The notes under the pieces were generated by a model. The model made no database searches. It saw only the letters and a list, made by a program, of their open reading frames with translations, and was not told the origin of the DNA. Shown in pieces: positions 20,772-30,252 of a DNA stretch of 64,000 bases (its first letter is position 1; each line of letters opens with the position of its first letter). The stretch is from an uncultured Rhodobacteraceae bacterium (GTDB lineage Bacteria; Pseudomonadota; Alphaproteobacteria; Rhodobacterales; Rhodobacteraceae): assembly GCA_937138255.1 (NCBI GenBank), contig CAKZOU010000033.1, positions 14,622 to 78,621 of the forward strand, read 5' to 3'. A program made the position numbers and the translations under genes.

Positions 20772-21822
20772 TGCCGCCCCTTCAAAGAAGCCGCTCGTCG
20801 AGGTCCGCAACCTCAAGATGCATTTCCCGATCTACGCGGGCCTCCTGCGCCGCCGCGTGGGCGAGGTGAAGGCGGTCGATGGCGTGTCTTTCGACGTGTT
20901 CGAAGGCGAAACTCTTGGCCTTGTCGGTGAATCCGGCTGCGGAAAATCGACCTGCGGCCGCGCCCTACTGCGCCTATACGAGGTGACGGACGGGTCGATC
21001 ACGATCGACGGCGTTGATATCGCCGCGCTTTCCAATAATGCACTGCGCGAGAAACGGCCAACGATGCAGATGGTCTTCCAAGACCCGCAGGCGAGCCTCA
21101 ATCCGCGGATGACCGTTCAGGCGATCATTCAGGAGCCACTCGACGAGCACACCACGCTTTCCACCAAGGAAAAGCAGCAGAAGGTCTACGAGCTGATGGA
21201 TGCCGTGGGCCTCAACCGCCGTTTCGCGGGCCGCTATCCGCACGCCTTTTCGGGCGGCCAGCGCCAGCGCATCGGCATCGCCCGTGCTTTGGCTCTCAAT
21301 CCCAAGTTCATCGTCTGCGACGAGCCGATCGCCGCGCTCGATGTGTCGATTCAGGCGCAGGTGGTGAACCTGCTGGAAGACCTTCAGGAACAGTTCGGCC
21401 TGACCTACCTTTTCATCAGCCACGACCTGTCGATGGTGCGCCATATCGCGACGCGGGTGGCGGTGATGTATCTGGGCAAGATCGTCGAACTGGCCCCGCG
21501 CGAGGCGCTTTATGCCGCGCCGCTGCACCCCTATACCGAAGCGCTCCTTTCGGCCGTGCCCGAGCCTGATCCCAGCCTCGAAGCCAAGGTCGAGCGGATC
21601 ATCCTGCAGGGCGATGTGCCCTCCCCCGCCAATCCGCCCAAGGGCTGCAATTTCTGCACGCGCTGCCCGAAGGTGATGGACATTTGCCGCGAGGTCGAAC
21701 CTGCGACCCGCGAGGTGCGCCCCGGCCATTTCGCCGCCTGCCACCTGCACGAGATAACAAGCCAGACCGCGGGGGCAACCGCGGCTCAACGAGAGGCGAA
21801 CGAGCGCCAACATGGAGAGTAA
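20764..21822 (+). CDS. Oligopeptide/dipeptide ABC transporter ATP-binding protein (OppF/DppF-like)
   Basis: [25 protein letters not shown]. Confidence 0.93.
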   Translation: MLDAAPSKKPLVEVRNLKMHFPIYAGLLRRRVGEVKAVDGVSFDVFEGETLGLVGESGCGKSTCGRALLRLYEVTDGSITIDGVDIAALSNNALREKRPTMQMVFQDPQASLNPRMTVQAIIQEPLDEHTTLSTKEKQQKVYELMDAVGLNRRFAGRYPHAFSGGQRQRIGIARALALNPKFIVCDEPIAALDVSIQAQVVNLLEDLQEQFGLTYLFISHDLSMVRHIATRVAVMYLGKIVELAPREALYAAPLHPYTEALLSAVPEPDPSLEAKVERIILQGDVPSPANPPKGCNFCTRCPKVMDICREVEPATREVRPGHFAACHLHEITSQTAGATAAQREANERQHGE

Positions 21823-21823
21823 A

Positions 21824-23527
21824 ATGAAGATCAAAACAGCCCTAGCGGGCGCAATAGCTGCAATGGCCTTCGCGCCGGCAGCTTTTGCCGAACGCGGGAG
21901 CGACGGCCACCTGTCGATCATCTATTGGCAGGCCCCGTCGATCCTCAACCCGTTCCTGTCGGGCGGCACCAAGGATATTGAATCGTCGTCGATGATCATC
22001 GAGCCGCTCGGCCGCTATGACCAGAACGGCAACATGGTTCCCTACCTTGCCGCTGAAATCCCGACCGTTGCCAACGGCGGCGTCTCGGCAGACCTGACCT
22101 CGATCACCTGGAAGCTCCAGTCCGGCCTTCTGTGGTCTGACGGCACCCCGGTAACCTCGGCCGACATCAAATTTACCGCCGATTACTGTATGCACCCCGA
22201 AGGGGGCTGCGCGCAGGCGGCCAAGTTTGACAAGGTCTCCTCGGTCGATATCGTCGACGATCTGACCGTAACGGTTCACTTCTCGCAGGCCATGCCGAAC
22301 CCCTATGGTCCCTTCATGGGCGGCCAGTCGCCGATCATCCAGAAGGCCCAGTTCGAGAACTGCATGGGCGCCAAGGCCCCTGAGTGCACCGACGCCAACT
22401 TTGGCCCGATCGGCACCGGCCCCTTCCGCGTCACCGAGTTCCGCACGAACGACGTGATCCAGATGGAAGCCAACCCGAACTACCGCGATCCGGCCAAGCC
22501 CGCCTTCGCCACCGTGACCTTCAAGGGTGGCGGCGATGCGACGGCTGCGGGCCGTGCGGTTCTGGAAACCGGCGAGTTCGACTACGCCTGGAACCTCCAG
22601 CTGGCACCTGACGTCATCGACTCGATGGCTGCCGCCGGTGTCGGCACCGCGATCAGCGCCTTCGGTTCGCTCGTCGAGCGTATCGAGGTCAACCTGACCG
22701 ACCCCTCGTCGAGCCTGCCGGAAGGCGAGCGTTCGACCGTGGCCCATCCGCACCCGTTCCTGTCGAACGCCAATGTGCGTAAGGCTCTGTCGATCGCCAT
22801 CGACCGTAACCTCCTCGTCGAGGTGGGCTATGGCCGCGCCGGTCGTCCGACCTGTAACCTCGTCCCCGCTCCGGCGCTTTATGCGTCCGACAACACCGAG
22901 TGTCTGACCCAAGACATCGAAGGCGCCAAGGCGCTTCTCGAGGCCGAGGGCTATGTTGACACCAACGGTGATGGCGTCCGCGAAAAGGATGGCGTTGAAC
23001 TGCGCGTCCTCTACCAGACCTCGACCAACGCCGTCCGTCAGGACTTCCAGGCGCTGATCAAGGAATGGTGGCAGGAGATCGGTGTTGCCACCGAGCTGCG
23101 CAACCTCGACGCTTCGGTCTACTTCGGTGGTGACCCGGGTTCGCCCGACACCTACCAGAAGTTCTATGCCGACGTCGAAATGTACGCCAACAACTTCGAC
23201 GGCACCGACCCGCAGGCCTATCTCGGCGCCTATCGCTGCGGCACCGAGCCCAAGCCTTCGAGCCAATGGCAGGGTGAGAACATCAACCGCTTCTGCGATC
23301 CGAACTACGACGCTCTGATCGACCAGCTCGCCCAGACCGGCGATCTGGAAGAGCGGGGCCGTCTTGGCCGGATGATGAACGACATGATGACCAAAGACAG
23401 CAACGTCATCATTCCGCTGGTCGACCGTGGCCGCGTGTCGGCTCACGCCAACTCGCTTGGCGGCGTTGTCCTCAATACCTGGGACAGCGAACTGTGGAAC
23501 GTCTCCGACTGGTACCGCATCAAGTGA
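21824..23527 (+). CDS. Peptide ABC transporter substrate-binding protein (family 5)
   Basis: Signal peptide ending AFA, WSDGTPVTSAD, PIGTGPF; strongly biased codons. Confidence 0.93.
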   Translation: MKIKTALAGAIAAMAFAPAAFAERGSDGHLSIIYWQAPSILNPFLSGGTKDIESSSMIIEPLGRYDQNGNMVPYLAAEIPTVANGGVSADLTSITWKLQSGLLWSDGTPVTSADIKFTADYCMHPEGGCAQAAKFDKVSSVDIVDDLTVTVHFSQAMPNPYGPFMGGQSPIIQKAQFENCMGAKAPECTDANFGPIGTGPFRVTEFRTNDVIQMEANPNYRDPAKPAFATVTFKGGGDATAAGRAVLETGEFDYAWNLQLAPDVIDSMAAAGVGTAISAFGSLVERIEVNLTDPSSSLPEGERSTVAHPHPFLSNANVRKALSIAIDRNLLVEVGYGRAGRPTCNLVPAPALYASDNTECLTQDIEGAKALLEAEGYVDTNGDGVREKDGVELRVLYQTSTNAVRQDFQALIKEWWQEIGVATELRNLDASVYFGGDPGSPDTYQKFYADVEMYANNFDGTDPQAYLGAYRCGTEPKPSSQWQGENINRFCDPNYDALIDQLAQTGDLEERGRLGRMMNDMMTKDSNVIIPLVDRGRVSAHANSLGGVVLNTWDSELWNVSDWYRIK

Positions 23528-23542
23528 TCTGACGATCAACCC

Positions 23543-23568
23543 GCCGCAGCCCTTCAGGGGGCTGCGGC
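23543..23568 (+). terminator. Intra-operon hairpin after the substrate-binding protein gene
   Basis: GCCGCAGCCC...GGGCTGCGGC 10-bp stem, no U tract. Confidence 0.55.
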
Positions 23569-23601
23569 ACCCCCTGCCCCAGAGACCTGAACCGAGGCGC
23601 C

Positions 23602-24609
23602 ATGCTTACCTATACGATCCGCCGGCTTATCCTTGCTGTGCCGACGCTTCTGTTCATCGCTCTGGTGATCTTTCTCCTGTTGGAGCTCGCCCCCGGCGAC
23701 CCGATGGCCGAGATGCCGCTGACGATCCCGCCCGAGGTGAAGGAGAAGATGCGCGAGGCGCTGGGGCTCGGCCAGCCGTGGTATGTGCGCTTCTATCTCT
23801 GGCTCTATCAGTTCTTCGTCGTCGAGCCTCAGTATTGGATCGACGGTCTCTTCGGCACGAACTTTGCCGATGGCGCGCAACGGATCATCTCGTTCCAGTC
23901 GCGCAGCCCCGTCTTTAATACGATTGCCGAGCGCATCCCGCAGACGCTTTGGGTGGTCGGTATGTCCTATGTGGTGGGCGTCCTGATCGCCCTGCCCATC
24001 GGCATCATCTCGGCGGTGCGCCAGTATAGCTGGTTCGACAACTTCGGCACGTTCGTCTCGATGGTCGGCTTTTCGGTTCCGACCTTCTTTACCGGCGTTC
24101 TTCTGATCGTGATCTTCTCGGTGAACCTCGGCTGGTTCCCGTCGATCTATGACACGACGCTCAAGGTCGACGACTGGCCGAGCTTCGTCAAACAGCTCAA
24201 GCAGATGGCGATGCCGGTCTTTGTGCTCGCCCTCTACAACGCCGCCCAGATCAGCCGCTTCATGCGCGCCTCGATGCTCGACAATCTCGGGCAGGACTAT
24301 GTCCGCACCGCCCGCGCCAAGGGCATGACCGAAAAGGTCGTCGTCCTGAAACACGTCCTGCGGAATTCGCTGATCCCTGTCGTGACCGTGATCGCCCTCG
24401 GCGTGCCGCAGGTCTTTGGCGGGGCGATCATCACCGAACAGGTGTTCAAGGTGAACGGGCTCGGCCAGCTTCTGATCATCGCCATTCACGGCAACGATGT
24501 GCCGATGGTGCTGACCCTCACCTTCATCTTCGCCGTGCTGATCGTCGTCTTCAACCTGATCGCCGATATCCTCTACGGCGTCCTTGACCCGCGGATCCGT
24601 TATGACTGA
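23602..24609 (+). CDS. ABC transporter permease (OppB-like)
   Basis: APGDP, DYVRTARAKG EAA-type loop, LDPRIRY. Confidence 0.93.
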   Translation: MLTYTIRRLILAVPTLLFIALVIFLLLELAPGDPMAEMPLTIPPEVKEKMREALGLGQPWYVRFYLWLYQFFVVEPQYWIDGLFGTNFADGAQRIISFQSRSPVFNTIAERIPQTLWVVGMSYVVGVLIALPIGIISAVRQYSWFDNFGTFVSMVGFSVPTFFTGVLLIVIFSVNLGWFPSIYDTTLKVDDWPSFVKQLKQMAMPVFVLALYNAAQISRFMRASMLDNLGQDYVRTARAKGMTEKVVVLKHVLRNSLIPVVTVIALGVPQVFGGAIITEQVFKVNGLGQLLIIAIHGNDVPMVLTLTFIFAVLIVVFNLIADILYGVLDPRIRYD

Positions 24610-25546
24610 GACGACGCAAACCCAAGGCACCATCCCCGTCCGCAACCAGTGGTGGGACGTATGGGACCAGTTCAAGACCCACCGAGGCGCGGTGATCGGC
24701 GGGGCGTTCCTGATCTTCATCACGCTTTTCGTGCTCGTGGGCCCCTACCTCTGGCAGGTCGACGCGCAAAAGCTCGACATCCGCAACAAGGATTTGCGGC
24801 CCTTCTACATCGGCCTTTTCGCGGATGTGAAATGGAGCTGGTCGCGGCCCCTCGGCACCGATCACCTTGGCCGTGACATCATGGCCAACCTCATTCAGGG
24901 CGGCCAGATCTCGATGGCCGTGGGCTGGACGGCGATGATCCTGTCGCTGTTCCTCGGCACTCTGATCGGCGTTCTGGCGGGCTTCTTCAAGCGGCTCGAC
25001 GGGATCCTGATGCGCTTCACCGATCTGGTTCTCTCGCTGCCGCTCCTGCCGATCCTTCTGGTGATGATGCTCCTGTTCCGCGACCCGCTGCGGGCGGCGT
25101 TCGGACCGGAGACCGGCATCTTCATCCTGATCGTCTCGGGCATCGGCATCACCTCCTGGATGCACACCGCCCGCATCGTGCGCGGCGATATCCTCGCCAT
25201 CAAAGAGCGCGAGTTCGTCCTCGCCGCCCGCTCGATCGGCACCCCGCCGCGGCGGATGATCACCCGCCACCTGCTGCCCAACGTCATGTCGCCGATCATG
25301 GTCTCGGCCACCTTGGGCCTTGCAAGCGCGATCATCACAGAAAGCGCGCTCTCGTTCCTTGGCCTTGGCTTCCCCTCGGATTTCCCGACATGGGGCAAGA
25401 TCCTGTTCGACAGCGTCGACCGCATGGCTTCCTTCCCCGAACGGGTGATCTGGCCGGGCCTGTGCATCTCTCTCACCGTGTTGAGCGTCAACTACATCGG
25501 CGACGGCCTGCGCGACGCGCTCGACCCGCGCATCCGCGGCCTCTGA
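24602..25546 (+). CDS. ABC transporter permease (OppC-like)
   Basis: PLGTDHLGRD, EFVLAARSIG, GDGLRDALDPR. Confidence 0.93.
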   Translation: MTETTQTQGTIPVRNQWWDVWDQFKTHRGAVIGGAFLIFITLFVLVGPYLWQVDAQKLDIRNKDLRPFYIGLFADVKWSWSRPLGTDHLGRDIMANLIQGGQISMAVGWTAMILSLFLGTLIGVLAGFFKRLDGILMRFTDLVLSLPLLPILLVMMLLFRDPLRAAFGPETGIFILIVSGIGITSWMHTARIVRGDILAIKEREFVLAARSIGTPPRRMITRHLLPNVMSPIMVSATLGLASAIITESALSFLGLGFPSDFPTWGKILFDSVDRMASFPERVIWPGLCISLTVLSVNYIGDGLRDALDPRIRGL

Positions 25547-25570
25547 ACCCGCGAAATAGGGCAACCTTTC

Positions 25571-25603
25571 CGCCGTTCCGTGGAGACATGGAACGGCGTT
25601 TTG
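25571..25603 (+). terminator. Rho-independent terminator of the ABC operon
   Basis: CGCCGTTCCGT...ATGGAACGGCG stem followed by TTTTG. Confidence 0.7.
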
Positions 25604-25733
25604 CTTTCCGGAGGCCTTGAGAATTTCCTCCCGCGCCACGGGAAAACCCGCCAAAAACGGTCCGCCGCGCCGGTTTGCCGGAACGCCCGTTCCGATCTAG
25701 CAGACAAGGAAACGCCTTCCAGAAAGGATTCCC

Positions 25734-26804
25734 ATGTTTGCCGATCTCGGATTCGAGAGCCTCACCGCCCCTCAGGCCGCCGTCTGGTTTGGCCTCGCCC
25801 TTGGATTGGCCTTTGGTGCCTTGGCGCAAGTCACTGCCTTTTGCCTGCGGCGTGGGCTCGTCGGCGAGGATTGCCGCGGGGCGCTGGCTGTCTGGCTGGC
25901 GGCGCTGGCCGTTGCCACCCTTGGCACCCAGATCGCCGTGGCGCGGGGCTGGGTGGCGTTTGACGATCACCGACTGATGACCGGCAACCTGCCGATCGCC
26001 GCGATCCTTCTTGGAGGGCTTCTTTTCGGAGCCGGCATGGTACTTGCCCGTGGCTGTGTGGCCCGCCTCACCGTCCTTGGCGCAGGCGGCAACCTTCGCG
26101 CCCTGACGGTCGTCACGCTCTTTGCCGTCACCGCTCATGCCACGCTCAAGGGCATCCTCTCGCCGCTGCGGACCTCCATCGGCTCGCTCACGCTCGACCT
26201 TCCCTCCGCCTCGCTCGCCACCCTCCCCGGTGGCGCGGCGCTCTGGACCGGCCTTATCGCCGCCAGCGCCGCAGCCTTCGCCCTGCGGCACCGCCCGGGC
26301 CGGGGCCTTCTGGCTGGCGCTGTCGCCATCGGTGCGCTGGTGCCGCTTGGCTGGGTCGGGACCGGCCTCGTCCTCTTCGACGACTTCGACCCCATCGCGC
26401 TTGAAAGCCTCTCGTTCACCGCGCCTTGGGCCGACAGCCTCTTCTTCACGGTTGCCTCGACCGCCATCCCCGCCAACTTCGGCATCGGCCTGATCGGTGG
26501 CACGCTGGTTGGCGCGGCGCTTCTTGCAGCCTTGCGCGGCCAGTTCCGCTGGCAGAGCTTCACCTCGCCCCGCGAGACGGGCCGCTATCTGGCGGGTGCG
26601 GTCCTGATGGGCTTTGGCGGGGTTCTGGCGGGCGGCTGCACCGTGGGCGCGGGGCTTGCGGGCATCCCGACGCTTTCGGTCGCGGCGCTCCTTGCGCTTC
26701 TGGCAATGGTCGGCGGCGCCTTGGCGACCGACCGGATGCTCAGTGGAGCCGCTTCCGGATCCGCCGGATCATCCCCCAGACCGCAAGCAATACCGGCAGA
26801 GTAG
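25734..26804 (+). CDS. YeeE/YedE family sulfur-compound transporter
   Basis: FCLRR, GMVLARGC, GGVLAGGCTVG cysteine motifs in a polytopic membrane protein. Confidence 0.87.
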   Translation: MFADLGFESLTAPQAAVWFGLALGLAFGALAQVTAFCLRRGLVGEDCRGALAVWLAALAVATLGTQIAVARGWVAFDDHRLMTGNLPIAAILLGGLLFGAGMVLARGCVARLTVLGAGGNLRALTVVTLFAVTAHATLKGILSPLRTSIGSLTLDLPSASLATLPGGAALWTGLIAASAAAFALRHRPGRGLLAGAVAIGALVPLGWVGTGLVLFDDFDPIALESLSFTAPWADSLFFTVASTAIPANFGIGLIGGTLVGAALLAALRGQFRWQSFTSPRETGRYLAGAVLMGFGGVLAGGCTVGAGLAGIPTLSVAALLALLAMVGGALATDRMLSGAASGSAGSSPRPQAIPAE

Positions 26805-28020
26805 CGCCGGCCGCGAGCGCGGTTTTCGACCAGTGCAGGCGCTCGGCAACGGGCGTCAGCAGATAGACCACGAGGTTGACCGCGTAGTAGCTGATCGCCA
26901 CGACCGACAGCCCCTCGACCGTTTGCTGGAGCCGCAGTTGCAGGTCGGCGCGGCGGTCCATCGATTCCAGAAGCGCCTGGTTTTCGGCAGACCGTTCCAC
27001 ATCGACCCGCGTTCGCAAGAGATCGCCCGCCCGCATCGCCCGCTGCGCCATGCCTTCCATGCGCCGCTCGGTCGATTTCACCGTCCGCATCGCCGGATCG
27101 AAGCGCCGCATCATGAACTCGGCCAAGGTCTGGCGGCCCTTGAAGCGCACCTCGCGCAGAACCTCGATCCGCTGATTGACGATCGCCTCATAGGCCGTTG
27201 TCGCCCCGAAACGAAAGCTCGACCGCGAGGCCAGCCCCTCAAGCTCGGCCGACATCGCCAAGAGGCGGTGCAGGGTATCGGCGGGGCGCACCTCGTCGTG
27301 CGACATTCCGCTGACAAGCTGGCTCAGCTCGTCGTCCAACTCGCCAAGCCGCGGCCCCATCTCGCGGGCGCGGGCAAGGCCGAGCATGGCCATGGTCTTG
27401 TAGGTCTCGATCTCGCACAGCCGCTGAACCACGCGCCCCACGCGCCGCCCTCCTGTGTCGGGCCGCACGAAAACCGCCATCCGAAGATGCCCACGCTGAT
27501 CGATACGGAAGTCGGTCGCCACAATCGCCGCATCATCGACCACGCGGCTCATGGCAAGGCTTTCCGGCACGAACCAGTCCGCGGCCTTCTCGTCGATGCC
27601 GTCATCGGTCGCGGCAATCTCGACACGGATCAGCGCCGAAGTGACCCGCTGGCCCGGCGCCCCGGCGAGCCAATCGTCTGGAAAGAAGCTGAAGGCCGAA
27701 CCCTCGAAGGGCTTGTCGGCCACGCCCTCGCCAAAGATCGTGTAGGTGACAAACTCGGTGTGGCTCTCCCATTTCAGGACGTATTTGCCGATGGGGCCGA
27801 AATAGTGGGTGGCGTCCGGCTGCGGATGTGCCGCGCCGAAGCGGTCGAGCAGCGCCAGAAGGTGCCGTCGATCCGCGCCCTTGTCGCGGCTGGCGGCCTG
27901 TTGCGAGGGCTTGAGCGCCAGATAGGCGGCGCGGCACGGCGCGGTCAGCGTCGGAAAGGGGCGCGCGTGCAGCTCGTTGGCGAGCATATAGCGCAAGGGG
28001 TGGTCGGCGATGGGTGCCAT
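26740..28020 (-). CDS. DUF3422 family membrane-anchored protein
   Basis: ELHARPF, WESHTEF, QLRLQQTVEGLSVVAISYY, two C-terminal TM segments. Confidence 0.85.
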   Translation of the reverse strand: MAPIADHPLRYMLANELHARPFPTLTAPCRAAYLALKPSQQAASRDKGADRRHLLALLDRFGAAHPQPDATHYFGPIGKYVLKWESHTEFVTYTIFGEGVADKPFEGSAFSFFPDDWLAGAPGQRVTSALIRVEIAATDDGIDEKAADWFVPESLAMSRVVDDAAIVATDFRIDQRGHLRMAVFVRPDTGGRRVGRVVQRLCEIETYKTMAMLGLARAREMGPRLGELDDELSQLVSGMSHDEVRPADTLHRLLAMSAELEGLASRSSFRFGATTAYEAIVNQRIEVLREVRFKGRQTLAEFMMRRFDPAMRTVKSTERRMEGMAQRAMRAGDLLRTRVDVERSAENQALLESMDRRADLQLRLQQTVEGLSVVAISYYAVNLVVYLLTPVAERLHWSKTALAAGATLPVLLAVWGMIRRIRKRLH

Positions 28021-28135
28021 GAGGGGGCTCCTTTGCCCGCACCCTAGCGGGATGCGCGGCGGAGTAAACCCGGAAAACGCTGCGATATGAGGGCGTTAGC
28101 GGCACACAATCGCATACCGCCAACGCCCGTATCCG

Positions 28136-29314
28136 TCAGATGCAGAGCACCTGAAGCGGCGGGAAGCCGTTGAAACAAACCGAAGAATAGGTCGAGGTAT
28201 AGGCCCCGGTGTTGCGGATCAGCACGCGGTCGCCGGCCTTGAGCGTCAAGGGCAGCGGCATCGGGCGCTTTTCATAGAGCACGTCGGCGCTGTCGCAGGA
28301 GGGGCCGGCCATGATGCAGGGGCCCATCGGGTCGGCATCGCGCGGGGTGGTGAACTGATAGCGGATCGCTTCGCCCTCGGTCTCGGCAAGGCCCGAGAAA
28401 CGGCCGATCGAAAGATAGACCCAGCGGTGCACATCGCGGTCGGACTTGCGCGAGACAAGGAGAACCTCGCAGACGATCACGCCAGCCTCGGCCACCATGC
28501 CACGGCCCGGCTCGGCCATGATGCGCGGCACATCGCCAAAGCGCGCGCGGACCATCTCGATCACGGCGGCGGCATAGTCGGTCGGGGCCTGAATGGCCTC
28601 GCCATAGAAGGCCGGGAAACCGCCACCGATGTTGAGGAGCGTCAGGTCATGGCCTGCGGCCTTGGCGCCATGCCAGACCTTGGCGAGCGCGTCGAGCGCC
28701 GGCGCCCACATCTCGGCGCGGCGGGTCTGGCTGCCGACGTGGAACGACATGCCCACGGGGCTCAGGCCAAGGCTCTTGGCATAGCCCATCAGGCGGATGG
28801 CGGTATCGCCATCGCAGCCGAACTTGCGGGTAAGCGGCCAGTCGGCCTCGCTCGCCTCGACAATGAGGCGGATATAGACATCCGAGCCGGGGGCGATTTC
28901 GGCGATCTTCTCAAGCTCTTCCTCGGCGTCGGCGGCGAAAAGGGTGATCCCGTTGTCGCGGGCCCATTCGATATCCTGACGGCGCTTGATGGTGTTGCCG
29001 AAAGAGATCTGGTCGGGGGTCGCACCCTCGCCCAAGCAGGTCTCGATCTCGCCGCGCGAGGCGGCATCGAAGTGCGAGCCGAGCTTGACGAGCCGCGCGA
29101 TCACCTCGCGGGCGGGGTTGGCCTTGACGGCATAGTGGATGTCGGCGCTGCCCAGACCGGCCTTGAGGGCGCGGTATTGCGTCTCGACCCGATCCACGTC
29201 GATCACCAGCGTTGGCCGGTCAAAATCATGGGCGGCGAGATAGGCGTCGAGACGAGACGGGTTATCGGTGCTGGAGGCGGAAGCCGCCCCGGCAATAGCT
29301 ACAGTCATGGTCAT
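28136..29314 (-). CDS. Type III PLP-dependent ornithine/lysine decarboxylase
   Basis: YAVKANP, FDAAS, FHVGSQ, NIGGGF, AEPGR, GPSCDSAD, GAYT. Confidence 0.93.
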   Translation of the reverse strand: MTMTVAIAGAASASSTDNPSRLDAYLAAHDFDRPTLVIDVDRVETQYRALKAGLGSADIHYAVKANPAREVIARLVKLGSHFDAASRGEIETCLGEGATPDQISFGNTIKRRQDIEWARDNGITLFAADAEEELEKIAEIAPGSDVYIRLIVEASEADWPLTRKFGCDGDTAIRLMGYAKSLGLSPVGMSFHVGSQTRRAEMWAPALDALAKVWHGAKAAGHDLTLLNIGGGFPAFYGEAIQAPTDYAAAVIEMVRARFGDVPRIMAEPGRGMVAEAGVIVCEVLLVSRKSDRDVHRWVYLSIGRFSGLAETEGEAIRYQFTTPRDADPMGPCIMAGPSCDSADVLYEKRPMPLPLTLKAGDRVLIRNTGAYTSTYSSVCFNGFPPLQVLCI

Positions 29315-29469
29315 CTCCAATAGACCCGGCCACCTATGGCCGCTCAGTTCCAAGGGAGACGTTACCGTCGCTACGTAAACACGTTCAGCGGTGACTGCTT
29401 TACCGGCCAGAGGCGCGTGCGTTGGCGTCTTGAGGCGCGCATTTGGGGCAAGTTGCGAGTCGTTTCAAG
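29315..29469 (-). promoter_or_regulatory. Promoter (CTTGAA-N16-CCCAAAT) and ~120-nt structured leader, possibly a speF-type leader
   Basis: Consensus-like promoter at 29469-29441; hairpin CGGCCA-TAGG-TGGCCG just before the RBS; lies upstream of an ornithine decarboxylase. Confidence 0.5.
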
Positions 29470-29619
29470 GCAAAAACATCCCCTTGGACCAATTATTTCA
29501 CAAATGATCCCCGATGTCGCCTATCGTGTTGAACTTGCAACGGAAAATCCGACGTTTTGATCAAATTCCGCGCTTTGACGCCCCTTCCCGTGCGCCCCTC
29601 GTCGGGGTAGGACTGGCAC

Positions 29620-30252
29620 ATGAGCCGCCTTATCGCCTTCAACAAACCCTTCGACGTCCTGTCGCAGTTTACCGATTCCGGTTCTCCGACCGAGCGGCGG
29701 ACACTGTCGGAGTTTGGCCTTCCCTCCGGCATCTATCCCGCCGGGAGGCTGGACCGCGATAGCGAGGGGCTGCTCCTGCTTACCGACGATGGCCGCCTGC
29801 AAGCACGGATCGCCGATCCGACGTTCAAGCTGGCAAAGACTTACCTCGTGCAGGTCGAGGGCGCGCCGACAGATGCCGACCTTGCGCCCTTGCGCGCCGG
29901 GGTGAAGCTGAAGGACGGGATGACCCTGCCCGCCGGGGCCAAGCTGATCGAGCCCCCTGCCCTGTGGGACCGTGACCCGCCGGTGCGATTCCGTAAATCC
30001 GTCCCCGACCGCTGGATTTCTCTGACGCTCCACGAGGGGCGCAACCGGCAAGTCCGGCGCATGACCGCCGCCATCGGCTTTCCTACCCTGCGCCTTGTGC
30101 GCTGGCAAACCGGGCCGTGGGCCCTCGAGGGGCTCGCGCCCGGAGACTGGCGCGAGATTGACGCCTCGGAGTTGACATTCACGCCTTCCGGCGCAGGCCG
30201 AGGCCCAAGCCCAGCGCCACGACCGAAAGCCCGCCACCGAGCCAGAAAGTAG
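29620..30252 (+). CDS. rluE: rRNA pseudouridine synthase, RluE-like
   Basis: [37 protein letters not shown]. Confidence 0.88.
   Translation: MSRLIAFNKPFDVLSQFTDSGSPTERRTLSEFGLPSGIYPAGRLDRDSEGLLLLTDDGRLQARIADPTFKLAKTYLVQVEGAPTDADLAPLRAGVKLKDGMTLPAGAKLIEPPALWDRDPPVRFRKSVPDRWISLTLHEGRNRQVRRMTAAIGFPTLRLVRWQTGPWALEGLAPGDWREIDASELTFTPSGAGRGPSPAPRPKARHRARK

Noticed and set aside
21842..23539. 565-aa minus-strand ORF
   Set aside because: Mirror frame of the codon-biased SBP gene.
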